DNA of 64,000 bases, from NCBI RefSeq assembly GCF_009914755.1, contig NC_060930.1. One strand, 5' to 3'. Position numbers and translations under genes: made by a program. This document shows, piece by piece, positions 26,130 to 42,610 of the stretch. Below the pieces are notes generated by a model. The model saw only the letters and a list, made by a program, of their open reading frames with translations, was not told the origin of the DNA and did no database searches. Source of the DNA: the human T2T-CHM13v2.0 reference genome, Homo sapiens. Numbering within the stretch: position 1 is the first letter of the stretch; every line of letters begins with the position of its first letter.

Positions 26130-27968
26130 GTTCTAAAGCATTTTATGTATTTTAACTCATTTAACTATCATAACACCTTAGGTACATGCTATCTTCATTT
26201 TAGAAATGGGAAACTCAGAGAGGTTAAGTATTTAACCCAAGGCCACACATCAAGGGGCCTGAGTAAAGGTTAGAACTCAAGCATATTCTTTCTACTATAC
26301 CATAATGCTGCCTGATAATGTTTTAGTTTTGTTAATGTTAATATTCCAGTGATTGTGTGCCCATCAGAAAGAGGCCAAGGGACCCTAACTCCTACCATCT
26401 TCTCCTGTCTTCCCCTGCACTATGTTCCCTGCAATCTGCTCTGTATGACTGCTCACTCCACCCTCTGTGACCACCCAAATCAGTAGAACAGTATCCCTCT
26501 CCAGCAAATCTGAACTGGTTCCCCATTGAGACAAAATAAAAATGTTCTATAACATCTCTCAATATATCTTCTCCCTAATTACTGCCCTCCTCATACATGT
26601 TAATCCTATCCCAACTTTCTTGATTCCATTTATCTACTTATGGTTCCCCTTTGAAACTTTATACATTTCTCCCTGACACTTGAAAACATTCTTCTCTCAG
26701 AGTTTCATTAAGGACACATTATCATAACTTCCTTCAAAAGTCTTCTCAAATTTCATCTTCTGAACAAAAGTTTGTAAATGTTATCATGCTGAATAAGGAA
26801 AATCTTCTACCACTTGACAGTTTACCATGCTAACAGTGACTGTTAACCTCCAAAATATGATCCACTATGTTTTTTTGATACTTTTATAAATAATGTTAGT
26901 GGATGTGCCTATGTTGTGTTCAGTTTTAAGGCACAACCACAGAGTATTTATGAGTCCCTTTTGGTCTATGTTAAGAGTACATTCTGTCCCAGGTGCAAGG
27001 ATTTGGGGAAGTATGTTTGGGGACATATGTTTATCTTACTTTGAAATTACAACTACTGGCACATCACATACAAATAGGTACTTAAACTGCATTTTCATTA
27101 TGTTACAGGCTTTGCACATAGAATACTAAAGAGAAAGCAACAGGTTTGGATCTAACAAAATAAAATGAGTAAAATTACCATTTGGCATAAACAAAATGTA
27201 ACATTTTATGTAAAAGGAAAAATATAAAAACATAAATGAAGACTTACATTGTCAAATAATCATTATTAAAGTCACTTTCATATATTTAAAGCATAAGAGA
27301 ATATTGTAGATTGTTCTTAGTGGCTAAATATGTTACTGCCTACTCAAAGAATGAGTGATTTTTTTTTCTGTAGAATGAAATTCAATGATCACACACACAC
27401 ACCCTTAAAATGTTTTCCCACACATTTGAAAATCAGTAATTTTTGCCAAAATAGATGTTGACTATTGATATAGCAACATTTCATTATATCTCAATTGACT
27501 TTTTAAAAAACAATCTCATGAATCTAGAACAAATTAAAAAAAAGATGTAAAATAGATGTCACAAAATTTACATACCATAGCATATGTACTGTATTCAGTG
27601 GAAAACCCTTCACCTGCCTCTCTTAGAGACAATTTACTTTTACTTGGTACAAAATTATAACAAGCTTCTTTATCTAGTTTCTAAGTCCATAGTAACTTAT
27701 TAGGGCATAGGGACTACCATTAAACTGATAGCAGAGAAAAAAGGAATAGTGAAGCACTTAATCACAAAGGAAGAATCAGAAAAATTCTATAAAGCAGAAA
27801 TAAGAACTTGGATAGCACAGTAGCAGGAAGCCATTTTCTATAAGGGTAATGGTCCTATAAGCCTTAAAAAGCCCTGACAGCACCGCCCTCTCCCAGATTA
27901 GGTTAAAAACTGACCTCGATATTAGTGCTTCTTACTCATGTTGGACAAAATACCTAAAAATATTTCTA

Positions 27969-28326
27969 CAGATGCTTCTCAACTTACAATGGGGTTATGA
28001 CTCAATAAGTTGAAAATATCATAAGTAAAAAATGCATTTAATACACCAAATCTTCTACATTATAGTCTAGCCTAGACTACCATAAATGTGCTCAGAATGC
28101 TGACATTAGCCTACAGTTGGGCAAAATCATCTGGCAACATGGTAGAGTATTGGTTGTCTGTCTTTGTGATTATGTGGCTGAGAACTGTCACTTGCTGCCA
28201 CTGCCCAGCATTGTGAGTATCGTACTACTTTCCACAGCATTTTTCTACTGAATGTGTGTTGCTTACACACCTTAGTAAAGTCAAACAATTGTTAAGTGGA
28301 ACTATCACAAATTGGAGACCTGTGTG
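27969..28326 (+). mobile_element. MER47-type (Tigger family) DNA transposon relic
   Basis: ta|cagatgcttctcaacttacaatggggtta... and cattagcctacagttgggcaaaatcatct. Confidence 0.8.
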
Positions 28327-28329
28327 TAA

Positions 28330-29760
28330 GAAATATTGTTTAAAATGGCCGAACTGGCAAAGTAACAGAAATCCTCAGAAACCAAAACCCACCGACAGGA
28401 GGAGTCTAGGGAGACAGTGAGCACTAAGGCTGGCAGCTGTGGATCCCCAGGGACCTAGAGCAGCAGCACAGAAAACAGAAGGCAAATCCTAGGACTTGGG
28501 AAATTGGGAGGTAGATCAGAGACCCCATCATAAAGCCAAAACCCAAGGGGCTAAACGCTCAAAGCATGAACAAGGAAAAACACCCCATTTACAAAAGAAG
28601 ACAGAAGATTTGCCTGTTTTAAGGTTTATTCTTGGTGGAAGGGGTAAAATCTCCCCTGAATATTCATAAACACAAGGTGGATCACACATAAGGAGGTGGG
28701 GGATGAATTCCCTTATTACCTACCTGCTCTTAAAAGCAAGGTAAATATTTAGTATAAAGTGGGCTGGTTATGTCCCCCAGGTTCCAGTTAGAAATAAATA
28801 GAGATTTTCTCTGAAGGAGATACAATTCCAATGAATATAAGCTTACAATAATAAAAAGTACTATGCAAAAAGATGCCATTAGTGAGGACTACAGGAAACA
28901 ATAATCACCTAAGACTGCAAAGTCAGATGCAGTCTGACTGCCAGAAATCATCTGCAAAGACTTTGGATACTAGATACAGAAGGCCAGTTCAATATGCTTT
29001 TTAAAACTTTAAAGGAAATAGAAAGTATGGGTGAGAAACAGGAAACTATCAAAAAATAACTAGACAGATTTGAAAATGAATGAAATAGTTTTTATAATAA
29101 TTAAAACTTAAAATTCAATAAACAGCATACTCAGTATAGCTGAAAATTATTAGTAAACTAGAAAGTAAATCTGAAGAGTCCAGAATATAGCACATACAGC
29201 AAAGAAATGAAATTTATGAGAGAGAAAATAAAAGACATGTTAAGATGAAATAGAAGGTCTAATACATATATAATTGGAAGGAGAAAACAGAAAGAATAGG
29301 ACAAAGGTAATATTCTAAGACACGATGGTTAAGGATTATCCAGAACAGATTAAAGACACCAATACTCTTTTTTTTTTTCAGGAAGCACAATGAATCTCAT
29401 GCAGAATAACTTAAAAAAATTATACCTTGGCCTACAGTAAAACTGAAAAATTTCAAGGAAAGAGATCTTAAAGTCCATGAAAGGGAAAAGTCAGATTACC
29501 TACAAAGGGAAAACTAAGCTGACAGCCTAATTTTAAAGAATGGAAGCCAGAGGATCAAAATATTGAGAGAAAATATCATTGTTGAACTGTATTTAACACA
29601 TGAAACTATCTTTCATAAAGTGAAAGAAACACATTTTAAGAGACAAAAACTAAGAATCTACCACCAACAGATCCTCAACTGAAGGAGTGTCAGTTCAGGA
29701 AGAAGCAAAATGATCTCAGAAGGAAGTGTGAAAAAGACCAAAGAACAGTCAACAAAGAAA
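28330..29760 (+). mobile_element. Degenerate L1M 5'/ORF1 region
   Basis: A-rich ORF1-like motifs (gaaggtctaataca..taattgga, cagattacctacaaagg, aatggaagccaga). Confidence 0.6.
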
Positions 29761-29921
29761 AAGTTCTTTGTATTTAAGATTTTCATTTTATGGGTAAAAT
29801 TCTCACCTACCCAGAATAGTACATTCTGTACGAATTCTGAATAGCTTTGTGTGAACATATGCTTTAATTTCCCTTGGCTTGGAGTGGAATGGCTAAATCA
29901 TATAATAGGTGTAGGTTTAAC

Positions 29922-30218
29922 TTTTTTTTTTGAGATGGAGTCTCGCTCTGTCGCCAGGCTGGAGTGCAGTGGCGCAATCTCGGCTCACTGCAACCTTCTC
30001 CGCCTCCCAGTTTCGGTTCAAGCGATTCTCCTGCCTCAGCCTCCCGAGTAGCTAGGACTACAGGCGTGCGCCACCATGCCCAACTAATTTTTGTATTTTT
30101 AGTAGCGACGGGGTTTCACCATGTTGGCCAGGATGGTCTCGATCTCTTGACCTCATGATCCGCCCGCCTCAGCCTCCCAAAGTGCTGGGATTGCAGGCGT
30201 GAGCCACTGCGCCCGGCC
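29922..30218 (-). mobile_element. AluSc-like
   Basis: Dimer; TSD aggtttaactt. Confidence 0.95.
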
Positions 30219-30307
30219 AGGTTTAACTTCTTAAGTAACTGCCAAACTGTTTTCCAAAGTAGTTGTACCATTTTATATTATCACCCATCAGTGTATAAGA
30301 CATCTTC

Positions 30308-30937
<630 letters not shown>

Positions 30938-30984
30938 TCAGCATTGTCAATTTAAAACATTTTAGTCAATCTAATGGGTGTAGT

Positions 30985-31190
30985 GCAGTTGTTCTTAACA
31001 AGTGATTTTTTTCTCCCATGGGACATTTGATAATGTCTGCGTATATTTTCAATTTTCACAACTGGTGAGGAGCAGGTTGTTACTGGTATGTAGCAGGGAG
31101 AGACCAGGGAGGCTCCTAACTATCCTGCAATGCACAGGACAGCTCCCCGTCCCACAACAAAGCATTATCTGGCCCAAGATGCCTAATGTA
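30985..31190. mobile_element. MER20 (hAT) relic nested in an old minus-strand L1 (about 29800-31610)
   Basis: gggacatttg..aatgtctg ... tcctgcaatgcacaggacagc..ccc..aacaaag..ttatctggccca. Confidence 0.75.
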
Positions 31191-32965
31191 GCAATATCTC
31201 ATTGTGATTTTAATTTGCATTTCCTTGATAACTTTTGATACTGAACATGTTTTAATGTGCTTATTGGTCATTTAAATACATATATATATATTTGTGAAGT
31301 ATCAGTTCAAACCTTTTGTCCATTTTTTATTGGGTTGGTTATTTTCTTGTGCTGTGTTCTTTATATTATTTTGAATACAAGTACTTTGATATATGTGTTA
31401 TAAATTTTATTTCAGTCTGTGGCTTGCCTTTTCATTTTCCTAATGATGTCTTTTGAAAATCATGTTTTAATTTTGATATGATCCAATTTGTCAATATTTT
31501 CTTTAATGTCTCATGCTTGTATTCTAGATAAGAAACCTTTGCCTACCCCCAGGTTGTAAACTTTTTTTCCCCATCTGTTTTCTTCTGAAAGTTTTATAGC
31601 TTTAGGTTTTAATAGATCATATAAATTTTATGATATTTGAAAATAAATCTTCTCAAGTTTCTCTTCAGGGAATGGGATTATGGGTGAAGGGCATTCACTT
31701 TTTAAATATATCTGTTGTATCTGACTATCTTCCCACAATAATTATTAAACATTCTACAGTACAGATAACTTTTTGGAGTAGGGGAAGAATGGGAATGAGA
31801 AGTTTATCTCGAATGGGGCTAATTTGTTGTTGTTGTTATCACAGGGACCAAATTTGACCTTAAAGTGTTCTGGTACATTTGCATGTATGTATGTTAAATT
31901 AAGTACTGTCTGATGAGTTTCTACTATATTAACTCCATGCAGCAAAAAAGTAAAGTGGTCTTTCTTCCAGAGACCAGTGCCTTTCTTCCGGGCAATACTA
32001 GGGGGTAAGACAGGGTTAAACAAGATGGTTCTACTTTTAGTACCCTTGAGTCATAAAAAAGCATCTCTTAAAAATAGTATTAGTTGATGCCACATGGAAG
32101 ACTGGGCAACACATACCATAGAAGCAAAGAGAATCTACTACTTAAAAATAATTGCCCCGATCTCAGAACTGGCACAGAACAAAGACTGGGTCACGAAAGC
32201 AGTGCACTGGAAAAAGAGACCATTTCAGAGAGCCTCCTAGTATCAGAAAAGAACAACCCCCAAACTTTCCAATAAATCTGCAGCTGAAGAAATGAAAAAA
32301 TGGTACAGGATTGCGCATGGTGCATATGGTGACATGAGAGCGGGTATCTCTGAATTGGGGCTGAAGTTTACCTTTATGTATATTAACTGTCTCATAGAGA
32401 TTTAGTCTAAATTGTTCACTTCATAAGTATAAAATTCTTATAGCTTCATGCCTACTCTGAAACAGATTTAGTGTATAAAGATGGTTTTAGGATACTTTTC
32501 TACCTTCTCTTCTTAAGGAAATTATTTACTGTGGAAGATTTGCAATAATGTAAGCAGTAAATGGAAGACTAAAAGAGGAGGAATGATCCTAAATTTTACA
32601 AAGAATTTCAAAGACCTACAATTTCTAAGCATAATAGAGCTCTGTGTCCCAGAAAGACTCTTCCTAGCCACTGATGACTAAGGATACTATTAGGAACAAT
32701 AGAAATCACGGGTTAAAACACAGTAATTGAACCAAAAAGTTGGTCTCCAGACTAAATGCACTTGATTTATGGCAATTGTACTATTCAGAGCAATTCTTAA
32801 GAGAAGCAGGAATGATTTTGCTTTATTAAATCTTTTTCTTGAGTGTAAATTATTGCTTAAGATGCTGTGAATACTGAATTTTAAATGTTGCCACTTCCTA
32901 CAACCTCTCCCTCCTCAAGCCACTCCTTTCCTCCAATAACAAGCAGATTTGTCTATTCTGTTTCT

Positions 32966-33356
<391 letters not shown>

Positions 33357-35232
33357 TAAGGTTCTTAGACATTATTAACATGACAGATAACATAAGGTCT
33401 GAGATATTACGGTACCCAACCCTCAAAATGTTAAGTATCTCTGCACCCAATATAAGTGGCAGGTAAAAATAAAATAGCCTTTTAACTTGGCCATAGCTTT
33501 TCGAGACACCTGGGTCTTAGACACGTGTCTGCTTCCTCTGATTCTCCACTGTCTAGTCCTGTGTTAGCATAAGCAAGATCCCTAGCTCTGAACCCTCAGA
33601 ATCAGCACTTTAGTACATAACAAGAAAGCCATTGCTAGGACCCCCCGATCTAAGAATCTGGTCTAAGGAGAGATATGACAATCAAGAATAAAAAGAATGG
33701 ATCTAGAAAAGAATATCAAATAAATTTCTTAGGACTGTGAATGCCCACAAAGGCATGATCAAGGCTCTATGTCCAGAGCATTTATGTAAAGGTGTAGATT
33801 GCTAGTAGTAAGTTTGTTCCTATGCATGCAGAGTATACCAAGGGGAAAAGACAGTAGAAGATTTATCCAATGTATCAATAGATGAGGCACCTGAACTTCT
33901 CATGTCTCAAAATATTCTATTCTTAGCTGCCTAAAGTTACTTTATCCATAAGTTTAAGGATGGGGTGGGAATAGGTGAAAAAGAGGAAGAATAAAAATAG
34001 CTGGGATGTGGCTTAGAGAAAAATATGTCACAAAGGAAAAAAATAAGTCTGGAATCTTCAAGATTCTAAGGTCTGGAAAGGAACCATAAAAATCTCACAT
34101 TAAGAAATGATTATGGTTCTACCTAGGGACTACAGAATAAAATGTAAAATGTATATAGGATTTTATGGTCTACAAATTAATTTCCCATAGAGTGACTTGT
34201 ACAACTTCTTACAACAACCTTGTAAGATGTATCTCATTATTCCTATATTACCCATGAAGAAATGTCATACAACTGACAAGTGGCAGAGCTACAAGTCAAA
34301 TGCAGGTCTGCTCTGACTTCAGGTCCAGTGCCCTTTCCTTTCCACTACTCAACTGTTTAAAATGCAGCTTCAGAGCCAGCTCTTAGGGGGCTTACAATCC
34401 AGTTGATCATAAAATACTCAGAAACAATTAGAGAACAATTCTAGGCAACGTGTAATTTTGTATTAAATTATACACCACAAACTGCAAATATCCAGAAGTA
34501 GGGAGTGAGTAAAGGCTTAAAAGATGGGTAAAGGGGAATGACATAGAAGAGAGAATAAACTGGATGAACTCAAGAGACAGTTAAGAGATTTCCCTGGCTC
34601 TGGCAGGAGATGAGTGAGTTAGTAGTGGGAAACGGTCAGTTTTAGGTAGTCTATAAAGTCAGTAAAAGTGATTAGATACTGCAGGGGGTAATAAAGGAGC
34701 CCTAAAAGATTCTCAGCAGTGGTACAAAGGAGTGAAAGCAGTGACTGTGCATGAGAAGCTCAAGGCAAATTAAATATGTGCACTTCAGTGGAAGAGGTAG
34801 TGCTACCATTCCACCTCCTCTCCAGCCTCACACCACCACCAAACTTCACAGTCCACCTGCTGGAATCATTCCTAGACTTGTGTATGTGCTCCTCCCTCTG
34901 AGTTCAAGTCTTTCCCCTCTAATCATGGCCCACCCCTCATCTTCAGCCTAAAGTTAGAAGTCACTGCGTTGGAGAACCCTTCCCTGACCCCTCCTGGTCT
35001 GAGTTAGATGTCCTCCTTTGAAAATTTCCTCTGTGGCAGCACTTATCTCTAAGCACTATAATTTCCAGTGAGCTAGCCAGTCTCCCTTATTAGGCTGAAA
35101 GCTCCCAGGGTAGGAAATGGCCCATCTTTTTCCAACACTAAAATCCCTTGGTACATAATGGGTGATTTAGAGGAAGTATAAAGAAGTATATAGTCAGGAA
35201 ACAGATTTAGGGATTAACTTCCCCTAAGATTA

Positions 35233-35737
<505 letters not shown>

Positions 35738-35752
35738 TACATGAAAAGGTAA

Positions 35753-36055
<303 letters not shown>

Positions 36056-39041
36056 GAAAAGGTAAGAAGACAGATACATATATAACCATGCTAAAATATG
36101 GAAGAATATAAATTGGAAGATGGCCTCTTGTCTCAGTGAAGGAGATATTCCAAGCCTTCTTTTCTTTTGTCTACCCAAGCCCCTTAATGAAGGGGAGGGC
36201 TCGATCAGGGTCAGGGCTAAGATAGGAAGATATACCTTTTATAGCCATTGCTTGAGGACAATAGGCTGTAGTTTTTTAAAAAACAATTTTTTCTTCTGCT
36301 AAAAGGGAAGAATTCAACAACTGTCATTTAACAACAGAGAGCACAGTGCCTTGTAAGAACCCACACAGGTATTTCATTGTATACAAAGATGAATCATAAT
36401 TCCAGCCCTAAGGAACCTTATAATCCAATTTAAGAAAACCCATGAGGTAGAATTATGTTAAAGGTACAGACAATGCTATGGATTCAGAGGAGGGGAAAAA
36501 GTCAAGGGATTATTAAAAATGTTGCAAGCAGGGAGATGAGGTGTTGAGGTGTGATTTTAGAAGATTAAGAGAAACTTCTAGGATAGTCTGAGTTGTAGGG
36601 AGAAGCTAAAGACACACTTTAAGCTAAAGAGAGTGCAGTGGTCTGGTTAAGAAGTAACAAAGGTATAAACCAGTGATGCCAGTGGAAATGAAATGAAGTA
36701 AATTTAAGTAAATGTAAGAAGGCAGACTGTTAAAAACTGATTATTAATTAGAATAAAAAAATTTATTTCCCAAGAAGCCTCTTGCTTCTTTCTAACTTTA
36801 TACCCAAACAAATATAAGCAAAGGTGGCATTGTCAGAGGTGGTTTTGATGGAGATGCTTATCAATAGGATGATAAGGTTATTTTCATTTATAACCTGTTC
36901 ACTTCTGGACAGGATGCCTCCAGCTGTTTTTATTCCATAATGTCCCTCTGCAATTATCTTCAGAGCTTAAGGTAGCACAATTAATTAGAATGAATCTGAA
37001 CTTTGTAAAAATGAGATCTAGATTGCAACCCCAGCACATTATTTTATCTCCTCATGCCTTAGATTTTCATTTGTAAAATGGGAGGGGCCATAATTCATAG
37101 GACAGTTCTAAGAGCAAAATTTGATAATATGAAAACTGCTAGAAACAGGCAAGTTACTGTATGACAGTGCCAAAATGCTGGATTCAGGTTGCCATCTGGA
37201 CAGAAGAAATATTTATAATAAATTAAGAACAAGCTTTTAGTTAACAGTGCCTCTCATAATTGATTCCAGCCATGTTTCTGTTAGTGATAAGATGACAATC
37301 AGATGGACTTAAGCATTCGTAAAGAAGCGGAGGCAAGGCTCAAAGCATCAGCATTAGAGTCTAACAACCTGGGTTACAAGGATAAATTAAATCTCTCTTA
37401 GCCTCAATGTCCTCACCCACACAATGGACATGATAACATAGCAGTCTTAGAGAGCCACAGGATTACATGAAATCATGCACAGTGAGTGGTTAATACTAAG
37501 TGGTCAGTAAATATTAGTTGTGGGACCTACCTAGTAAGAGCTACAGTACATTGAACCAACTGTCCTGTCTTACTTGGAATATAAATTAATTACTTAGCAC
37601 AGCATTTTTTAAACACCCATGACTTTACTCCTCCTCTTTGTGTTTTGGACTTGAATAATATGTATTTGAGATAAAAATTATTAGGTATTGATGTATTTTT
37701 TAAAATTTGGTATTTGTAATGGTATAATTACTTCTCTCAATTACAACATTTACTAAGTATCTGTAAATAATTTAGTGTTAAGTACAATCTACCCTCACTG
37801 ATTTTACATATTATAGAATCTATATTTTAAATACAATATTGAATATTATCTCTTATTTATCAATTCTTTGAGTATCTTTCATTATTGATATATTTTCAAG
37901 AAAATTTACTGATCAGCATCGTAGAAATGTGTAGTTTCCCTAGCATCTATTCTCTCCTTCTTCTGTGGTTAATACAAGCTCAAATCTTTAGCTGGGCACA
38001 TTGCCACTGAGAATGAAGACCATATTATCCAGCTTTCCTTGAAGCTGGGTGTGACCAAGTTACTAAGCTCTGGCCAGTGAGATACAAAAGGGAATGGGAG
38101 TGTGCATAGTGAATGTCACTAAAGTGAGAAAGCATATGCTTATTCTCCCAGTAAATTCTTCGTCTGTCTGAAATGTGGATGTGATGGCCAGAGCTGGAGC
38201 TGTCTTAGAGACAGAAGCCACATCTTGATGCTGTTGGAACAACAGAGAAGGGATTTGAGTTCCTGATGATTATATGGAGCTGCTAAACCAGTCCTGCATT
38301 GCCTTTATTTACAAGGAAGAAAAATAAACTTTCCTGTTTAAGAACTTTTATATCAGGGTTTCTGTCACTGGAAGCCTAATCTCATCCTAAATAATACAGA
38401 GAAAGTGAAATCTGAATTTCAATTTCACTTATTTTCTTAATAGGTTTTTTCCTCAACTTATGGTGAGAAAGAAGAGATAATGTTAAGGGAGAGAAAAGGG
38501 GCAAGAGGATTCATTCAGCTGCCCCACCACTGCTATAGTTCACATCATATTCCTAACCTGTCTTTTACCCCCAACCACTCTAGGGTCCATTTTGCTTTTC
38601 ATCCTAGAAGTTCAACTCCAAAAAAGAACTGACCCCAAAACAGCATTCATTTGTTCATTACTCAACAAATGCCTGCTGAGCATCTAGTGTGTGTTAGATG
38701 CTGAATAAAACAGACCCCTAACTTCAGAGAGCTAAGTCAGGTATTTTAAGAAATGTACATTAAATTTTCCTCTGTTAATTTGTACACTACACCTCTGTGG
38801 TCCCAAATTTTCTTATAGGATTGAAGTAAAAGACTGAGTATAAAAGGTCGGGAGAAAGCTGACATATGGAGTAGGTAGGAAGAACCTTAGTACTGGAAAT
38901 ATAGGAAATAAGGTGTTCAGGACTCTTGGGGACAAAGGCAAAGATGTGACTACCCGGCAGAGGGAAAAAAAAAAAGGAAAAGGAAAAGAACACAGTCACT
39001 GACTCTTACTGGGCTTCATGTAGCCTTAGAACCTCTGTCAC

Positions 39042-39317
39042 TTTTTTTGAGAAGGGGTCTCACTCTGTTGCCCAGGCTCAGTCATAATGCACTGCTGCCT
39101 CAAATTCCTGGGCTTAAGTGATCCTCCCACCTTAGCCTCCCCAGTAGCTGGGACTACAGGTGCATGCCACCACACCCAGCTAATTTATTTCTATTTTTAT
39201 TTTTGTAGAGATGGAGTCTTGCTATGTTACTTAGGCTGGTCTCAAACTCCTGGCCTCAAGTGATCCTCCTGCCTCAGCCTCCTGAAGTGCTGGGATTACA
39301 GACGTGACCACTGCACC
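39042..39317 (-). mobile_element. AluJ-like
   Basis: Diverged dimer. Confidence 0.9.
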
Positions 39318-41562
39318 ACTATCACATATTAATGATTAATAGGGACAAGCTCATTACTAAACTTCTGTAACTCCCAGAGCATAGTAATTGCCCTCCTTAT
39401 TGTATCTGCCCTTTGTATTATTAAAATCAAAGACTTTCAGAAACCCTCAAGACTCCCCACCATTCTTTTCCAATTCTAGGCCCCATTCAGAATTTCCACC
39501 CTCTTCTAGCCTCTTATTAGGACCTTTTCCTACCAAGGTACACTTAGGAAAGAGAGGAGTCATCAGAATGGGGAGGGAGGGAGTGTTGTTGGAATTCTCA
39601 GTTAAAATTTAGTTTTTTTCATAGAAACATTGCTAAAATAGAATCTAAATGTCATTACTGCTTCCAGCTTTATAGTTCAGCAAACCTATGCAGTTAAAAT
39701 CAGCTTTTGTGGGTTGGCTTTACGATTTGTCTGAGTGAAAAAGTAAGTTCAGAGTTTCAAATAATTAATATGAATTTTAACTTTAGACTGTAGTCCTTTT
39801 GTGAGGAATGGAAAGCTTAACCATCATTCTTTGCCTAATAAAAGATGGCATGGCACTAATATTGTTACACACTTGGCTCCAGGAGAATGAAAAAGAAACA
39901 AACCAGTTTCTGATGCTGGGATCTAGTGTTTTTTGTTTGTTTTTATCTGAGGTTTGAGGGAAAGTGTATTTATCAAATACTACTAAACCAGCTTAACTGT
40001 GACAAGTAGTTCTTAATACACTATAATATGATATGATAAAAAAAATTTTTTTTAGGTTGTGGTTTTTAACACTTCACAAGTAGTTTCTTTTCCTGTTAAC
40101 TTTCAGACAACTCTGCTTAAGCCTAAGCTAAATACCTGGAGGAAGTGCTACCACAATTTTAGCTTTCTTGTTTCCAGTGGCGCTATTATTCTCACCTGTT
40201 CCCCATTAGTAGAGTATCATATGTTCACTTACAGCTCTCTTTCTAGCCTAATAAAAATGCTCTTAAAATAATTACAGTAAAATAATAAAACAGTCGTAAA
40301 TCTGAGAGAGACAAATAGGCATACTGCCCCATCAGTACTAACAAAAAGGTTTACAGATGTTTAAAAACTTTCTTTGGCTTTGGTTCAGCACCTCAGTTAG
40401 GAAACTTACCGATCAAGGTCCCTTGTCTTTTTCTACAGGGCCCCCGCCCATAATGTGCTGCCAAAATATAGCTGTTATATTCCTGATACAGCATAAAAAG
40501 GCATGAAAACTTTCTAAGTAGTAAAGACAATCTTTCCCTCCCCAATGGGCCATAAGTCCAGAAAAACAAGTTACCTCACTTATGAACCACGCTATTTAAG
40601 ACTCTGTGATGCAACAATATTGCACTACTATTTTCTATTAAAATGTACTTTTCAAATCAAAATCTTAGCTAAAATGTCCATTAAGGTTATAAAAATTTTG
40701 TTTTTTCTCTTATCCTTTTAAATTGGAATTTAGGGCACAGAAAAGAAGTATGTTTTTATTTCACCTAGGAAACATTATTAGGCCGTAGAAACCATAACAC
40801 TCCACTAATTAGTATCTTTGCAGAGCAATAATTAAAGCAACCTTAATTCACGGGGATGATTCTGAAATACACCAAGATGTTAAAATTCCCTCCATTACAC
40901 AATGCAATTATTAATATATTCAGCATCTAGTCCAATGTGATGTAATAATTACAGAATTTCAGAGCTAAAACAATTATAAGTTGGGTGAAGCTAGAATAGA
41001 TTTGGAGCATCTAAGTATTAATACTTTAATTCTATAGATGAAGAAATTGAGAACCAGAGGCAAAATATATGGTTTTAATGTTGAAATATTTATCATATTA
41101 TAGTTTTTAGAAACTTGGACAATCATCAATAAAATCAAGGCTGGCCTTATGATTTACTAGAGTATATGGCTGCTTGCTTGGTATAATTTCAGAAGCGCTA
41201 TTATAAAAAAAAAAGGCATAGAAACTTGTCACCCAGATTCTTCCTCAGAGATAAAAATAGTAAAATGATACCTAGTCATCTTCCATTTACATATTTAGTT
41301 GATGTTCAACGATGCCTATAATTCTATAAGCTGACTAATTCCATTATCTTTTGTTAAAATGCAAGTACCCTGAAAAATAGAAAAATCATTAAGCAATATA
41401 ATGGATTCAAACCTTAGGTAGGCATTTAAGGTCAAAATCATGTCTATATGAGTATTCTTGAAAATCTCTTCTGGAAGGTTCCATGCTAGAGACTGACAGC
41501 CCACTTCTTAACTAAGGCCAAAGTAGACATTTTGTCCTGCAGCATTAGAACAGATGACTTTA

Positions 41563-41955
<393 letters not shown>

Positions 41956-42249
41956 CTACAGCACAATGAGATGTTGACTCTAAGAGAAGCAAGCAGGAAT
42001 TCAAGACCAAAGGGAATACAACACATTTCTGTTTCTCATTTCACACCCACTTAGGGGCATATGCTCTGAGTGGGATGTGGGACAGAATTGCCTATGCAAT
42101 TTATATTTAAAATATTTTCTGCCCTACCTTAAGAAATTTTTAATAAGCAAGAATAGTTAAATTTGCATAAGTTAAGTGTATGAATGAGGTAACTCCATTG
42201 TAGGGATCAGCTACTTCCCTAAGAGCAGATTCTGACGGCAATTGGGGCA

Positions 42250-42610
42250 GAAAGAAAGGAAAAAGAAGAGCAAGAGGAGGAGGAAGAAGAAATGAAGAGG
42301 AAAAGAAGAAGGAAGGAGAAAAAAGGAAGGAGGAGGAGGAGGAGAAGAAAAGAGAAGAAGAAAAGAAGGGAGAAGGGAGAAGAAGGAAAAGAAAAAGAAG
42401 AAGGAGGAGGAGGAGAAAAGAAGAAAGAGAAAGAAAGAAAAAGAGAAAGAAAGAAGAAGGAGGGAGGAGAAGGAGAACAAGAAGGAGGAAGAAAGGAGGG
42501 AGGAAAAGGAGAAGGAGGGAGGAGAAGGAGAAGGAAGGAGGAGAAGGAGAAAGAAAGAAGAGGAGAAGGAAGGAGGAGGAGGAGAAGAAAGAAGAAGAAG
42601 AAAGAAGAGG
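42250..42610. repeat. Polypurine (GA-rich: GGA/GAA/GAAA) low-complexity tract of about 360 nt
   Basis: Almost exclusively G/A on the + strand. Confidence 0.97.
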
